From contig JAYYHL010000007.1 of assembly GCA_036148435.1 (NCBI GenBank), forward strand, positions 52,830 through 116,829: DNA of 64,000 nt, given 5' to 3'. Each line of letters starts with the position of its first letter. Within the stretch, counting starts at the first letter, position 1. This document shows, one piece after another, positions 40,970 through 50,038 of the stretch. The notes beneath the pieces were generated by a model. It ran no database searches, had not been told where the DNA came from, and saw only the letters and a list, made by a program, of their open reading frames with translations. The position numbers were made by a program, and so were the translations under genes. The DNA comes from Pseudomonadota bacterium (GTDB taxonomy: Bacteria > Pseudomonadota > Gammaproteobacteria > Comchoanobacterales > Comchoanobacteraceae).

Positions 40970-41749
40970 ATGGTCAAACATGCCCCGCGATTTTATAGAA
41001 TGCTTTTATCGAGTAGCGTTTTATTATCCTTGTTTAGTAATGTACACGCCGTATCTAAAAGGAAACCTGATGACGTGCCCATGACACAACAACGTGTGGA
41101 GAGTATCATTCAACGTTATATTAATGCTAACCCAGACTTGGTTTACCAGGCTTTGGTTAAGTACCAGAAAAAACAGCAAGAAAAACAAGCCCAAAATACG
41201 CTCGATTACTTAAAAAACAACTTTGAGATGGTTTTTAAGAACCCAAAAGATGGAACCATTGGTAACCCTGATGGCAATATCCACCTAGTTGTTCTTAGTG
41301 ATAGGCAATGTGGCTACTGTAAAAAGGCATGGCACTCTATGGAAAATCTTGTTAATAACAATAAAGCTGTTCGTGTGTCCTTTAAAGAGGTCCCCATTCT
41401 AGGTCCAGCGTCAGTCCATGCTGCTAAAATCGCTATTTATGCTCAACAAAAAGGTGTGTTTTCTGGTATAGACCGGGCTCTGATAGAAGCTAGTACGCCG
41501 TTAGACAATAGTAAAATATCCCAAATCGCTTTACAGAATGGGCTGACGCAAGAAGATGTGAAAGCAGCAACAGAGTCAGACTCGATAACGCAGACGCTTC
41601 AAGAAAACATGAAGATGGCTCAAGAAATTGGCCTTCAGGGAACCCCCATGCTCTTTATAGCCAGTGCTAACGGAAAAAAAGTGGCACAACTCAATAACTT
41701 CATGGATGAGAACGCCGTCTCAGCCATGATTGCATCTTTCCAAAAATAA
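40970..41749 (+). CDS. DsbA-family thiol:disulfide oxidoreductase, Com1-like
   Basis: AAGGAG RBS. Signal peptide MVKHAPRFYRMLLSSSVLLSLFSNVHA. CGYC active site in ..LVVLSDRQCGYCKKAW.., FKEVPILG and LQGTPMLFI (cis-Pro loop region). Confidence 0.8.
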   Translation: MVKHAPRFYRMLLSSSVLLSLFSNVHAVSKRKPDDVPMTQQRVESIIQRYINANPDLVYQALVKYQKKQQEKQAQNTLDYLKNNFEMVFKNPKDGTIGNPDGNIHLVVLSDRQCGYCKKAWHSMENLVNNNKAVRVSFKEVPILGPASVHAAKIAIYAQQKGVFSGIDRALIEASTPLDNSKISQIALQNGLTQEDVKAATESDSITQTLQENMKMAQEIGLQGTPMLFIASANGKKVAQLNNFMDENAVSAMIASFQK

Positions 41750-41769
41750 CAGGCTGTTTACACCAAAAC

Positions 41770-41796
41770 AAAAAAGCAGTGATGCACTGCTTTTTT
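41770..41796. terminator. bidirectional rho-independent terminator (A-tract, GCAGTG-ATG-CACTGC, T-tract)
   Basis: AAAAAAGCAGTGATGCACTGCTTTTTT read at 41770-41796, between the convergent dsbA-like gene (+) and mnmG (-). Confidence 0.7.
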
Positions 41797-41947
41797 GTTT
41801 CTCGGCCGTAAAAACTCAACAGATTTGGCACGTGCTCGCATCGCTTATGGTGCACTCCCGTCAGCGTCCACTTGATGATAATCGTTGGGTAAGCGTAAGC
41901 TCTTCACCAGGGGCAAATTCATCATGCGCCCCCTGTAATTTGAATAT

Positions 41948-43828
41948 TTAATCAAGAGCGGTCTCTGTTTGTTTCTTTTTTAATGCCACTCGTAAAAGCG
42001 AAATAGCAGCCGGTGTAATGCCACTTATTCGGCTTGCTTGCCCTAGGGTATAAGGCCTTGCTTTTGACAACTTTTCAAGACACTCGGTAGACAAGCCTTT
42101 CACATCATTGTAATTAAAATCACTGGCAATACATTGACTATCGTCCTTTTTAGCTCGGGCAATCTCTATCTTTTGTCTCTCAATATAGCCATGGTACTTT
42201 TCTTCGACTAGTACTTTTTTTAGTGCTTTTCCACAGGGGAATTTAGACGGGTATAGGTTTTGGAGCAAGCTGCTGCTGATGCCTTTTCGTTTGATCAAGG
42301 CTAACAAGGCGGTCGACTCATTGACCTCGCCTTCAACGGCTTGGCAAAAAACACCATGTTCGGGGCTTCCTGGCACAAGTTTGATGGCTTCCATCTGCGC
42401 TCTTGCCTGTATAACTTTCTCTTTATCTTGCATGATCTGTCTTTGCTGGTCGCTGGTAAGCAAGCCTAGTTTTACCGCATTATCAGAGAGTCTATCGCAT
42501 GCATTATCCTCTCTTAATAACAGTCGATATTCAGCCCTACTTGTAAACATTCGATAGGGCTCCAACGTCCCTTGGTTAATTAAGTCATCAATCAATACAC
42601 CGATGTATGCTTGATCGCGGGTAGGAAACCAGGGGCGCTCGTTTTTTTGCTTAAGCGCTGCGTTAATGCCCGCAATGAGTCCTTGTGCAGCAGCTTCTTC
42701 ATAGCCAGTGGTGCCGTTGATTTGCCCCGCCAAAAACAGACCTTTTATGTTCTTGGACTCAAGCCAAGGATAAAGCCCTTGAGGGTTAAAAAAATCATAT
42801 TCAATCGCATATCCTGGTCTTGTTATGTGCGCTTTCTCTAAACCGAAAATCGTTGTAACCATGGCATGTTGGATCTCAAACGGCAAGCTTGTTGAAATAC
42901 CGTTTGGGTACACTTCATCAACATCAAGCCCTTCTGGTTCTAGAAAAACTTGGTGTGACTGCTGATCTGCGAACCGATATACTTTATCTTCTATAGAGGG
43001 GCAATATCTTGGGCCCTTACCCACAATGTCACCACAAAACATGGGCGACTTCTGTATGTTCTGCTTAATTAGCTCATGCGTCATAGGGTTAGTATGCGTG
43101 ATAAAGCAAGAAACAGAAGGAGGCCTTGTGATTGCCGTCCCCCAAACATTAAACCCCTCGGTTAGGGGGTCTGTTGGCTGTGCTTGTAGATCAAGAAAGT
43201 TGATTGAGTTCTTAGCAATTCTTGGAGGGGTTCCTGTCTTCAAACGGCCAAAATCATCCGAATTAGTGTGGGTCCGCAGAAAAGTTGATAACTGGGTAGA
43301 GGAGGCATCTCCCGCTCTGCCACCGTCTATGTTTTTGCGCCCCACATGGATCTTTCCAGATAAAAAAGTGCCTGTTGTTAATATAATTTGACAGGCTTTA
43401 AATCGGGCCCCCATATCAGTCACAACACCTGTAACTTGGCCCTGCTCAAGGAGTAAGTCCGAAACACCTTGTTGAAAAACCTTTAGGTTTTCATGCTTAT
43501 CCAATAGCATTCGAATTGTTTTTTTATAAATAAACCGATCAGCCTGAACTCGGGTTGATCGAACAGCAGCACCTTTATTTTCATTCAGTGTTTTGGCATG
43601 AATGGTTGCGTGATCAGCAGCAACAGGCATGAGTCCCCCCATGGCACTGATTTCCTTAACTAAGTGCCCCTTTCCGATCCCACCTATGGCAGGGTTACAT
43701 GAAAGAACGCCCAAGGTGTCAATGCTGTGGGTAATCAAAAGCGTTTGCGCACCTATTCTTGCACTAGCAGATGCAGCCTCAACGCCAGCGTGGCCGCCGC
43801 CGACTACGATAACATCATAACTAAACAA
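41948..43828 (-). CDS. mnmG: tRNA uridine 5-carboxymethylaminomethyl modification enzyme MnmG (GidA)
   Basis: YDVIVVGGGHAGVEAA FAD motif, SCNPAIGGIGKGHLVKE and GPRYCPSIEDK. Confidence 0.97.
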   Translation of the reverse strand: MFSYDVIVVGGGHAGVEAASASARIGAQTLLITHSIDTLGVLSCNPAIGGIGKGHLVKEISAMGGLMPVAADHATIHAKTLNENKGAAVRSTRVQADRFIYKKTIRMLLDKHENLKVFQQGVSDLLLEQGQVTGVVTDMGARFKACQIILTTGTFLSGKIHVGRKNIDGGRAGDASSTQLSTFLRTHTNSDDFGRLKTGTPPRIAKNSINFLDLQAQPTDPLTEGFNVWGTAITRPPSVSCFITHTNPMTHELIKQNIQKSPMFCGDIVGKGPRYCPSIEDKVYRFADQQSHQVFLEPEGLDVDEVYPNGISTSLPFEIQHAMVTTIFGLEKAHITRPGYAIEYDFFNPQGLYPWLESKNIKGLFLAGQINGTTGYEEAAAQGLIAGINAALKQKNERPWFPTRDQAYIGVLIDDLINQGTLEPYRMFTSRAEYRLLLREDNACDRLSDNAVKLGLLTSDQQRQIMQDKEKVIQARAQMEAIKLVPGSPEHGVFCQAVEGEVNESTALLALIKRKGISSSLLQNLYPSKFPCGKALKKVLVEEKYHGYIERQKIEIARAKKDDSQCIASDFNYNDVKGLSTECLEKLSKARPYTLGQASRISGITPAAISLLRVALKKKQTETALD

Positions 43829-44239
43829 GCATTGATCCTAAAAAATTAAATCTTACCAAAAAACAATGAAGAAGTCAAAGCACAACCCCTTGTTAGATTG
43901 TCATAAAAGTGTTAATTCTTGTCTTGCTAGTATGAACAGGACTTCCTTTTTTGAGGTCCGACTTTTTACTACAGTGCGGGTATTGTGCTGGGGGTTCTCT
44001 TTTGTGCTTTCTTACGCTGTCTCCATTCTCTTCTTTGTTTCCACCTGGATCATGGGGGCTCTTTTCGTTGAAGGATCTACCTATCGTTTTATCAACATAC
44101 GGCTCTTCTTTTTGATAAGCTATGTATCCCCCTTGGGGGGTGCTATGCGAATGTCGAGAGGTTACAACAAAAAGCGTTGCATACACCTTGGCAGTCCCAA
44201 ATGAGAATTATGCCACCTTCTTTTTAGCCGCGATGAACC

Positions 44240-45556
44240 TTATTTGCCTAAGCAAAATTGTCCAAATATGGAGCCCAAGAGATCTTCTGTTGTGTAGGAG
44301 CCAACAAGTTCCGCAAGGGTGTTTTGTACCAGCCTTAGGTTTTCTGCTAGCAAATCGACACTATTGACAACAGTTTCGGCCGTTTTGCATTGCTGGTAGG
44401 CACGGTCAAGCGCCTGAACATGTCGGTTTCTCACAAAGAATGTTTCTTGGGGGGGCATGGGCGAAAGCTTTTTAATAGATTTATCTAGCAGGGTATTTAT
44501 GCCTTGGTTGTTTTTTGCAGAAATAACGACATCCATTGACGAAGTATTTGATGGTGCAACAAGGTCCGCTTTACTCTGAACCCATAACACATTATCAAAG
44601 TTTGGGGTGAGCGATTGCCAATGTGTTTGCTCGTCGTCGGCAGGACAAAGGCACCATACTAAATCAGCCTTGCTAGCTAACTGAATGGCTTTTTCTATAC
44701 CTATCGTTTCAACTTTGTCGTGAGTTCCTCTAATGCCAGCTGTGTCTGTCAACTTGAGTAACGCATTTTTATGATAAAGCTGTATACTCAGCGTGTCTCG
44801 AGTTGTGCCAGGCTGGTCGGTAACAATGGCAACGTCCTCATTCGCTAGTAAATTGAGAAGTGTTGACTTGCCACTATTAGGTGGGCCGATGATGGCTATA
44901 GAAAAGCCATCTTGATGCCTCAATACTCGTCTGGAGGAGACACACAACGCGTTAATATCTTGAGCAAGGCTGTTGATGTCAGTCTTTAATCGGCTGTGTT
45001 TATGGGGCGCGATATCTTGATCAGAAAAGTCAATGCTTGCCTCGACCTGTACTCGTATCGCTTCTAAGCGCTTTTGTATCGGGTAAACTTGATCTGCAAA
45101 CGCACCACTCATACTTGCTTGTGCGGCCTTTGCTTGGGTAACGGTTTGAGCGTCTATCAAATCAACCACAGCTTCTGCTTCCAATAAATTCATCTTGCCA
45201 TTGAGGTATGCCCGCTGTGTGAACTCTCCTGGTAGCGCGGCTCTTGCTCCATGGCTGATAAGCGTGCTTATCATGGCATCAATGATTAATGGGTTTCCGT
45301 GAGCATGAAGTTCTAACACGTCTTCTCCTGTGTAAGAGTGGGGCCCTGGAAAATATAAATATAGCGGCTTATCGATAACCTTTTGGTCTTCGCAATAAAA
45401 GGGGCCAAGCGTGGCAACTCTTGGTTGCAATCTCGCGGCGTGTTGCCTAGTAATAGAACGATACAACGCCAAACATAAGCTGCCGCTCACACGCACAATA
45501 CCTATGCCTGATCGCCCCATGGCAGTCGAACAGGCAACAATAGTATCATCCGTCAT
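44240..45556 (-). CDS. mnmE: tRNA modification GTPase MnmE (TrmE)
   Basis: DTIVACSTA.GRSGIGIVRVSG, G1 GPPNSGKSTLLN, DTAGIR, and the C-terminal FCLGK. Confidence 0.96.
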   Translation of the reverse strand: MTDDTIVACSTAMGRSGIGIVRVSGSLCLALYRSITRQHAARLQPRVATLGPFYCEDQKVIDKPLYLYFPGPHSYTGEDVLELHAHGNPLIIDAMISTLISHGARAALPGEFTQRAYLNGKMNLLEAEAVVDLIDAQTVTQAKAAQASMSGAFADQVYPIQKRLEAIRVQVEASIDFSDQDIAPHKHSRLKTDINSLAQDINALCVSSRRVLRHQDGFSIAIIGPPNSGKSTLLNLLANEDVAIVTDQPGTTRDTLSIQLYHKNALLKLTDTAGIRGTHDKVETIGIEKAIQLASKADLVWCLCPADDEQTHWQSLTPNFDNVLWVQSKADLVAPSNTSSMDVVISAKNNQGINTLLDKSIKKLSPMPPQETFFVRNRHVQALDRAYQQCKTAETVVNSVDLLAENLRLVQNTLAELVGSYTTEDLLGSIFGQFCLGK

Positions 45557-45559
45557 CGC

Positions 45560-47200
45560 CTAGGTGTTTTTTTTGTTGAACGCGCCATATTTGCTCATGA
45601 TGTAGTACTGTTGTAGATAACTGAGAACATTGTTTGTGATGGAATAGAGCACAAGTCCTGCAGGAAATTGGGAAAACATGAAGCACATCATCAAGGGCAC
45701 GATCATCATGGCCTTTTCTTGTGCGGGATCTCCTTGAGGTGGTGACAACCGTTGCTGTAGCAACATACTCACCCCCATTAGAACAGGTAAAATGTAATAT
45801 GGGTCTTTACTGGCTAAATCAGGGATCCATAAAAACGGTGCAAGTCTTAACTGGACACTTTCGATAAGAACATAGTATAAGGCGATGAAAAAAGGCAAGG
45901 GTAGAACTGTCGGTAAACAACCACTGCGGATGGGGTTTATGGACTCTTCCTGATACAGCTTCATCAACGCTTGATTTTTTAGAGAGGACTCGTCTTTATA
46001 CTGTTCATTGATGGCGTCAATTCTTGGTTTTAGCTTTTTTTGCTTCGCTATCGTTCTGTAGCTTGATTCTGACATTTTATAAAAGACAAGCTTAACTAGC
46101 ACTGTGGTCATGATGATCGCAACGCCCCAGTTTCTAAGGTATTTCTGAATGAAGACCATAACCTTAAAAAGTATGTCTGAAAGAAACCACAACCACCCAT
46201 AGTCAACGGTCAACTCTAACCCCTTCGCCAATCCAGACAATAATCTGGCAATTTCTGGACCAGCGTAGAGTGTAGACAAGACCTCGGCCTGTTGCCCAGG
46301 GAGTAGTGTAATCTCCGGCCGCTTATTGTCGAACCACAAGGATTTTCGAGTTAAAACCTCACTATTTTTGGACAAAAAATTTGAAGTAACGATCTTCTCG
46401 GCCTTGCTACGGTCCACCCATGCTGTGATGAAATATCGTTGCTGCATGGCAATCCAATTTTCGCCCGTGACAATCTTTTTAAATCCTTTTGACTCTATGT
46501 CTTTGAACGGTAGTTTTACGTATGGGGTCTCTTCTGTGTAGAGAGCAGGCCCTGTGTATGTACTGAACGTGAACCATCCAGGTTTAGGCTGGTTTGGGTC
46601 TATGGCCAACGACGGGGATTTTTCTTCAATTGGGAAATCTTGTTGTAAATTGAAGCGGTTGTGATGCGCTGTTACTAGATTGCTTTGGGACTGGTTGAGA
46701 ACCCTTGACTTGAAGTCTATTGCATAGGACCCGCGTTTACAGGTTATGGTTTTTTCATACACAACGCCGCTTGGCTGTTTGGCCGTGAAGGTTGCCACTA
46801 CCTCGTCGCTATTTTGCGCCAGTTTAAAGTAACTTGAGTCAGTTACAAACTCTAGCTGGTGATCTTTGCCAAACCCTGCCTGAGCAGTATACAGGTGCCT
46901 AGGCTGTTTGCTGAATAAGTCGAACGGTTCGGCGTTTGTTGTACTTTGGGGGTACCCTTTAAGTTGTACTTGGGTAATGGTTGCGCCCAACTTGTTAACA
47001 CTGACCCGTAGTAAGTCTGTCTCAATGGTCACTTCTTTGGCTCGGACAATTTCAGGCTCTTTGATTTGACTGTTAGGCGTTGCAGATACCCCCAAGACCT
47101 CACGACTGTCTTGCTTGTGGTCAATAACCCACGCTTGCCAAAGCATGACTAACAGAAACGACAACAGTAGTAATAACAGTGGTTTTTGTGATGAACTCAT
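45560..47200 (-). CDS. yidC: membrane protein insertase YidC
   Basis: N-terminal TM, a large periplasmic domain, and the conserved C-terminal core (WGVAIIMTTVLVKLVFY, NPIRSGCLPTVLPLPFFIALYYVL, YILPVLMGVSMLLQQ). Confidence 0.95.
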   Translation of the reverse strand: MSSSQKPLLLLLLSFLLVMLWQAWVIDHKQDSREVLGVSATPNSQIKEPEIVRAKEVTIETDLLRVSVNKLGATITQVQLKGYPQSTTNAEPFDLFSKQPRHLYTAQAGFGKDHQLEFVTDSSYFKLAQNSDEVVATFTAKQPSGVVYEKTITCKRGSYAIDFKSRVLNQSQSNLVTAHHNRFNLQQDFPIEEKSPSLAIDPNQPKPGWFTFSTYTGPALYTEETPYVKLPFKDIESKGFKKIVTGENWIAMQQRYFITAWVDRSKAEKIVTSNFLSKNSEVLTRKSLWFDNKRPEITLLPGQQAEVLSTLYAGPEIARLLSGLAKGLELTVDYGWLWFLSDILFKVMVFIQKYLRNWGVAIIMTTVLVKLVFYKMSESSYRTIAKQKKLKPRIDAINEQYKDESSLKNQALMKLYQEESINPIRSGCLPTVLPLPFFIALYYVLIESVQLRLAPFLWIPDLASKDPYYILPVLMGVSMLLQQRLSPPQGDPAQEKAMMIVPLMMCFMFSQFPAGLVLYSITNNVLSYLQQYYIMSKYGAFNKKNT

Positions 47201-47223
47201 CGAGATAGCTCCTAAGGTTTATT

Positions 47224-47448
47224 TCATAATGGGTCGACACCCCCTCTCGCGAATGGGTGACATCGTAATAGGCGAAAGAGGACAAGCTTGGTGGCTTTGA
47301 TACAGCCGTGGGTTCTGTATGCATCCAGGGCGTATTGTGAACAAGTCGGTTCAAAGCGGCACCGTTTGTGAAGATGTGGGCTTACCCACTTTTGGTACAT
47401 CAAAATCATGGTAATACAGAGTTTATTTGCTTTTCTATGTTGCTCCAT
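47224..47448 (-). CDS. yidD: membrane protein insertion efficiency factor YidD
   Basis: YQKWVSPHL..RCRFEPTCSQYA...CHPFARGGVDP. 74 aa. Confidence 0.9.
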   Translation of the reverse strand: MEQHRKANKLCITMILMYQKWVSPHLHKRCRFEPTCSQYALDAYRTHGCIKATKLVLFRLLRCHPFARGGVDPL

Positions 47449-47735
47449 TGATGCATTGTTCCTCTATAAAAGTCTCTTTTGACAAAAGGGTCCGGCTTCT
47501 TGTGGGCAATAACAACAACCTGTGCTGTTCTGTTTAATTTTGACTTTTGCCAACATGTACGGTGTATGCGCTTAAAGTAGTTTCTTGCCACGGCAAGCTT
47601 CCAGTCTTTTTTTTTACAAATTACTCTTAACGATGGCAAAAAGGGGACACTGTTTGTGCTACACCGTACTTTCATGGTAAAGGTTTCACAGTGGTAACTT
47701 TTTCCGCAAACCATCTGCTTGTACGTTACACGCAC
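47406..47735 (-). CDS. rnpA: ribonuclease P protein component (start uncertain; the GTG at 47735 overlaps the rpmH end)
   Basis: Position between rpmH and yidD. Basic 109-aa product with [15 protein letters not shown] (the RNR-motif region) and VVVIAHKK. Confidence 0.85.
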   Translation of the reverse strand: MRVTYKQMVCGKSYHCETFTMKVRCSTNSVPFLPSLRVICKKKDWKLAVARNYFKRIHRTCWQKSKLNRTAQVVVIAHKKPDPFVKRDFYRGTMHQWSNIEKQINSVLP

Positions 47736-47860
47736 AGGCTATGACGCCCTTTCTGACGCCGTCTGTTGATCACCTTGCGTCCATTCGCTGTCCTCATTCT
47801 CACCCTGAACCCATGGGTGCGTTTTCGGGATTTAACACTGGGATTGAACGTTTGACTCAT
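47726..47860 (-). CDS. rpmH: 50S ribosomal protein L34 (not in ORF track, below its size cut-off)
   Basis: Hand translation of the minus strand from ATG 47860 gives [44 protein letters not shown] (44 aa). GAGGTG RBS upstream. Confidence 0.93.
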   Translation of the reverse strand: MSQTFNPSVKSRKRTHGFRVRMRTANGRKVINRRRQKGRHSLCV

Positions 47861-47940
47861 GTGCTTACACCTCAAATAAAGGCTTTATTATATATGAAAA
47901 GTAAAAGGAGGTCAAATCCTGAGAGATTAGTTTCAAATGT

Positions 47941-48190
47941 TTATCCTGCGGTCCCAACCGTTTTGTTTACGATTCACCGAATGTATATTATTAATAGTTA
48001 TTATGAATAGTTGTTTGTTTATAGACGCTAGGAAAACAGTGATAACTAAAATTTTTATTTTTTTATCAGGGCATTAAGATGTGTTGATCTTGTGGATAAG
48101 GCTTGACAAAACATACCGCTGGGCTGTGAATAATAAGGTTCTCATGTGACCACACGGTTGTAGGTTGTTTTACTGGGATCTATCCACAGA
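47941..48190. other. candidate oriC: DnaA-box cluster plus AT-rich stretch upstream of rpmH
   Basis: Perfect DnaA box TGTGGATAA at 48091-48099. 8/9 boxes TGTGAATAA (48125-48133) and CTATCCACA (48180-48188, opposite orientation). 6/9 box TTATCCTGC (47941-47949). AT-rich 47975-48065 (..ATGTATATTATTAATAGTTATTATGAATAG..AAAATTTTTATTTTTTTATC..). GATC at 48077 and 48177. Confidence 0.5.
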
Positions 48191-49477
48191 CTTTTGCAGT
48201 AAGCTTGCATAGCCGCCGTCTTGTTCCATGTTAGGGTAAAAGATAATCCCGTGCAATGTTGGTTCTGCACGGGGGTGGTTCAATGGTATGACTTTGGCCT
48301 CAGGATGGTTTCGTGTGTGCTTTGCTATAACCTGGTCATTTTCTTCCTTGGTGATCGTGCATGTACTGTACAGTAGATACCCGCCTGGCTTCAGATAAGG
48401 CCACACAGAAGATAAAATAATGGTTTGTTGAGTTGATAGGAGGGGTTGGTTTTCTTTGCTCTGTATGAACTTTACATCAGGATGTTTTTGTATGGTCCCT
48501 AGCGCGCTACAGGGCGCATCAACCAGAATAGCATCAAACGATTGATTAAACTTGGCATTGGGAACGGTTGCATCCATAACCAAAAAGTTTGTTTGTGGGT
48601 AGTGTTTTAGATTATCTCGAGTTTTGGCTACTTTATCTTCTGATTTGTCGCATGCCGTCACGTGTATTTCTGTTTGATGGTTGATTAGTGCTCCTGTTTT
48701 CCCGCCAGGTGCTGCACAGCAGTCAAGCACTTTGGCTCCTTTGCCTAATTGGGGGAGTAATGAGGGAATAACTTGATTGACAATGTTTTGTGCATACCAC
48801 CCCGCTTCAATGATTAAGCTCGTTTGCTGCCGAGAGAGGGCTTCTGCCTGGAAGCATCCGGTTACCCCTGAGGGTTTTAAACCCAGGTCTGCAGCTTCTT
48901 GTTGTGTGACGCTATCTAGAGTATTGGGTTTGTTTATTCGAAAGTGTTGTATACTTGGCTTTTTTGACCAGGTGTTAAAAATTTCTTTTTGATGTTGCTC
49001 AGGCACGCTTTCTTCAATAGACTTGAAAAGCCAAAAAGGCACATTGACTTGAAGGTGCGGCGCGAGACCAGGCAATGTTGATGGTGGTGAAATTTTTTTT
49101 AGCACGGCATAAACAAGATGTTTAGCTGATGATTTCCTGAGTAGTCGACAACTCTCTGCAGCGCTATGAATAAATTGGTTTTTTGATATTTTTTTGTAGT
49201 GGTGTAGTTGGAATACGGCCGTGACTAAAAGATAAAAAATGACTCGATCTTTGTGTTTTATTTTACAGTTTTGTGATACCCAGGCTTCGTAGGATGGGTA
49301 AAATCTAAGTGTGTCCTGGCACACAGAATACAACATAGGGTTATGATCTGAACGCGTGACTTGTTTGATGGCATCCTTAGTGTGTTGCCTGTGGGTGAAT
49401 ATTTGATCGAGTGATAGTGCTGTTTGAGCAAGGTTTTGGGCTAAATTAGACATATTTATGCATAGGGAAATAGACAT
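48170..49477 (-). CDS. rsmB: 16S rRNA (cytosine967-C5)-methyltransferase RsmB (alternative ATG at 49453)
   Basis: NusB-like N-terminal half, SAM motif DCCAAPGGKT, catalytic DAPCSALGT, and YSTCT. Confidence 0.9.
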   Translation of the reverse strand: MSISLCINMSNLAQNLAQTALSLDQIFTHRQHTKDAIKQVTRSDHNPMLYSVCQDTLRFYPSYEAWVSQNCKIKHKDRVIFYLLVTAVFQLHHYKKISKNQFIHSAAESCRLLRKSSAKHLVYAVLKKISPPSTLPGLAPHLQVNVPFWLFKSIEESVPEQHQKEIFNTWSKKPSIQHFRINKPNTLDSVTQQEAADLGLKPSGVTGCFQAEALSRQQTSLIIEAGWYAQNIVNQVIPSLLPQLGKGAKVLDCCAAPGGKTGALINHQTEIHVTACDKSEDKVAKTRDNLKHYPQTNFLVMDATVPNAKFNQSFDAILVDAPCSALGTIQKHPDVKFIQSKENQPLLSTQQTIILSSVWPYLKPGGYLLYSTCTITKEENDQVIAKHTRNHPEAKVIPLNHPRAEPTLHGIIFYPNMEQDGGYASLLQKSVDRSQ

Positions 49478-49537
49478 TTAGGTTAACATGTGTTTTAATG
49501 TCAGGTCTATAAGCATGTATGAAAGCTGGTATTCAGT

Positions 49538-50038
49538 ATGATTCGCCCCATATTACAATTCCCACATCCAGCGCTATTGAAGCCATGCGACGATGTTCGC
49601 CCTGGTGACAGCGCATTTATTGAGGAGCTGGATGCTTTGATCGAGACGCATTATGCACAAGAGAACTGCGCAGGTTTAGCTGCTCCTCAAATAGGCATAA
49701 GTAAGCGCTTTGTGATCATTGACTTTTCAGAAAAAAAGGATAAGCCACTCGTTCTCGTAAACCCTGTTATCACCTATGCTTCGCAGGATCTTGATGTCGA
49801 AGTAGAGGGTTGTATGTCCATAAAAGGCGTGCAGGCAAAGGTTAGAAGGCCTGCTATAATCTCGGTGAAAGCCAATGATCGTAATGGCGATGAGTTTATC
49901 ATGAGCCATGTAGATGGCTTTATGGCTAGATGCATCCAGCACGAGGTGGACCACTTGGATGGCCGCTTATTTTGGGACCATTTGTCGACGCTAAAGAAAT
50001 CGCTACTTATGAACCAATTTAAAAGACGCTATGGTTAG
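49538..50038 (+). CDS. def: peptide deformylase
   Basis: The three deformylase motifs GLAAPQIG, EGCMS and HEVDHLDG. Confidence 0.96.
   Translation: MIRPILQFPHPALLKPCDDVRPGDSAFIEELDALIETHYAQENCAGLAAPQIGISKRFVIIDFSEKKDKPLVLVNPVITYASQDLDVEVEGCMSIKGVQAKVRRPAIISVKANDRNGDEFIMSHVDGFMARCIQHEVDHLDGRLFWDHLSTLKKSLLMNQFKRRYG

Noticed and set aside
43829-44239. Possible RNase P RNA, 6S RNA or tmRNA in the mnmE-mnmG spacer.
   Set aside because: The only resemblance is AAAGTCGGACC on the minus strand versus the RNase P GGAAAGTCCGGGC box. It lies ~130 nt from the spacer end, leaving no room for the rest of the RNA. No tmRNA termini (GGGGCTGA.. / ..CCACCA tRNA-like end) were seen.
47741-48010. 89-aa plus-strand ORF from the ORF track.
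   Set aside because: Its 5' part is the antisense shadow of rpmH (47726-47860, minus strand) and the remainder lies in the AT-rich DnaA-box spacer. There is no RBS and no recognisable protein features.
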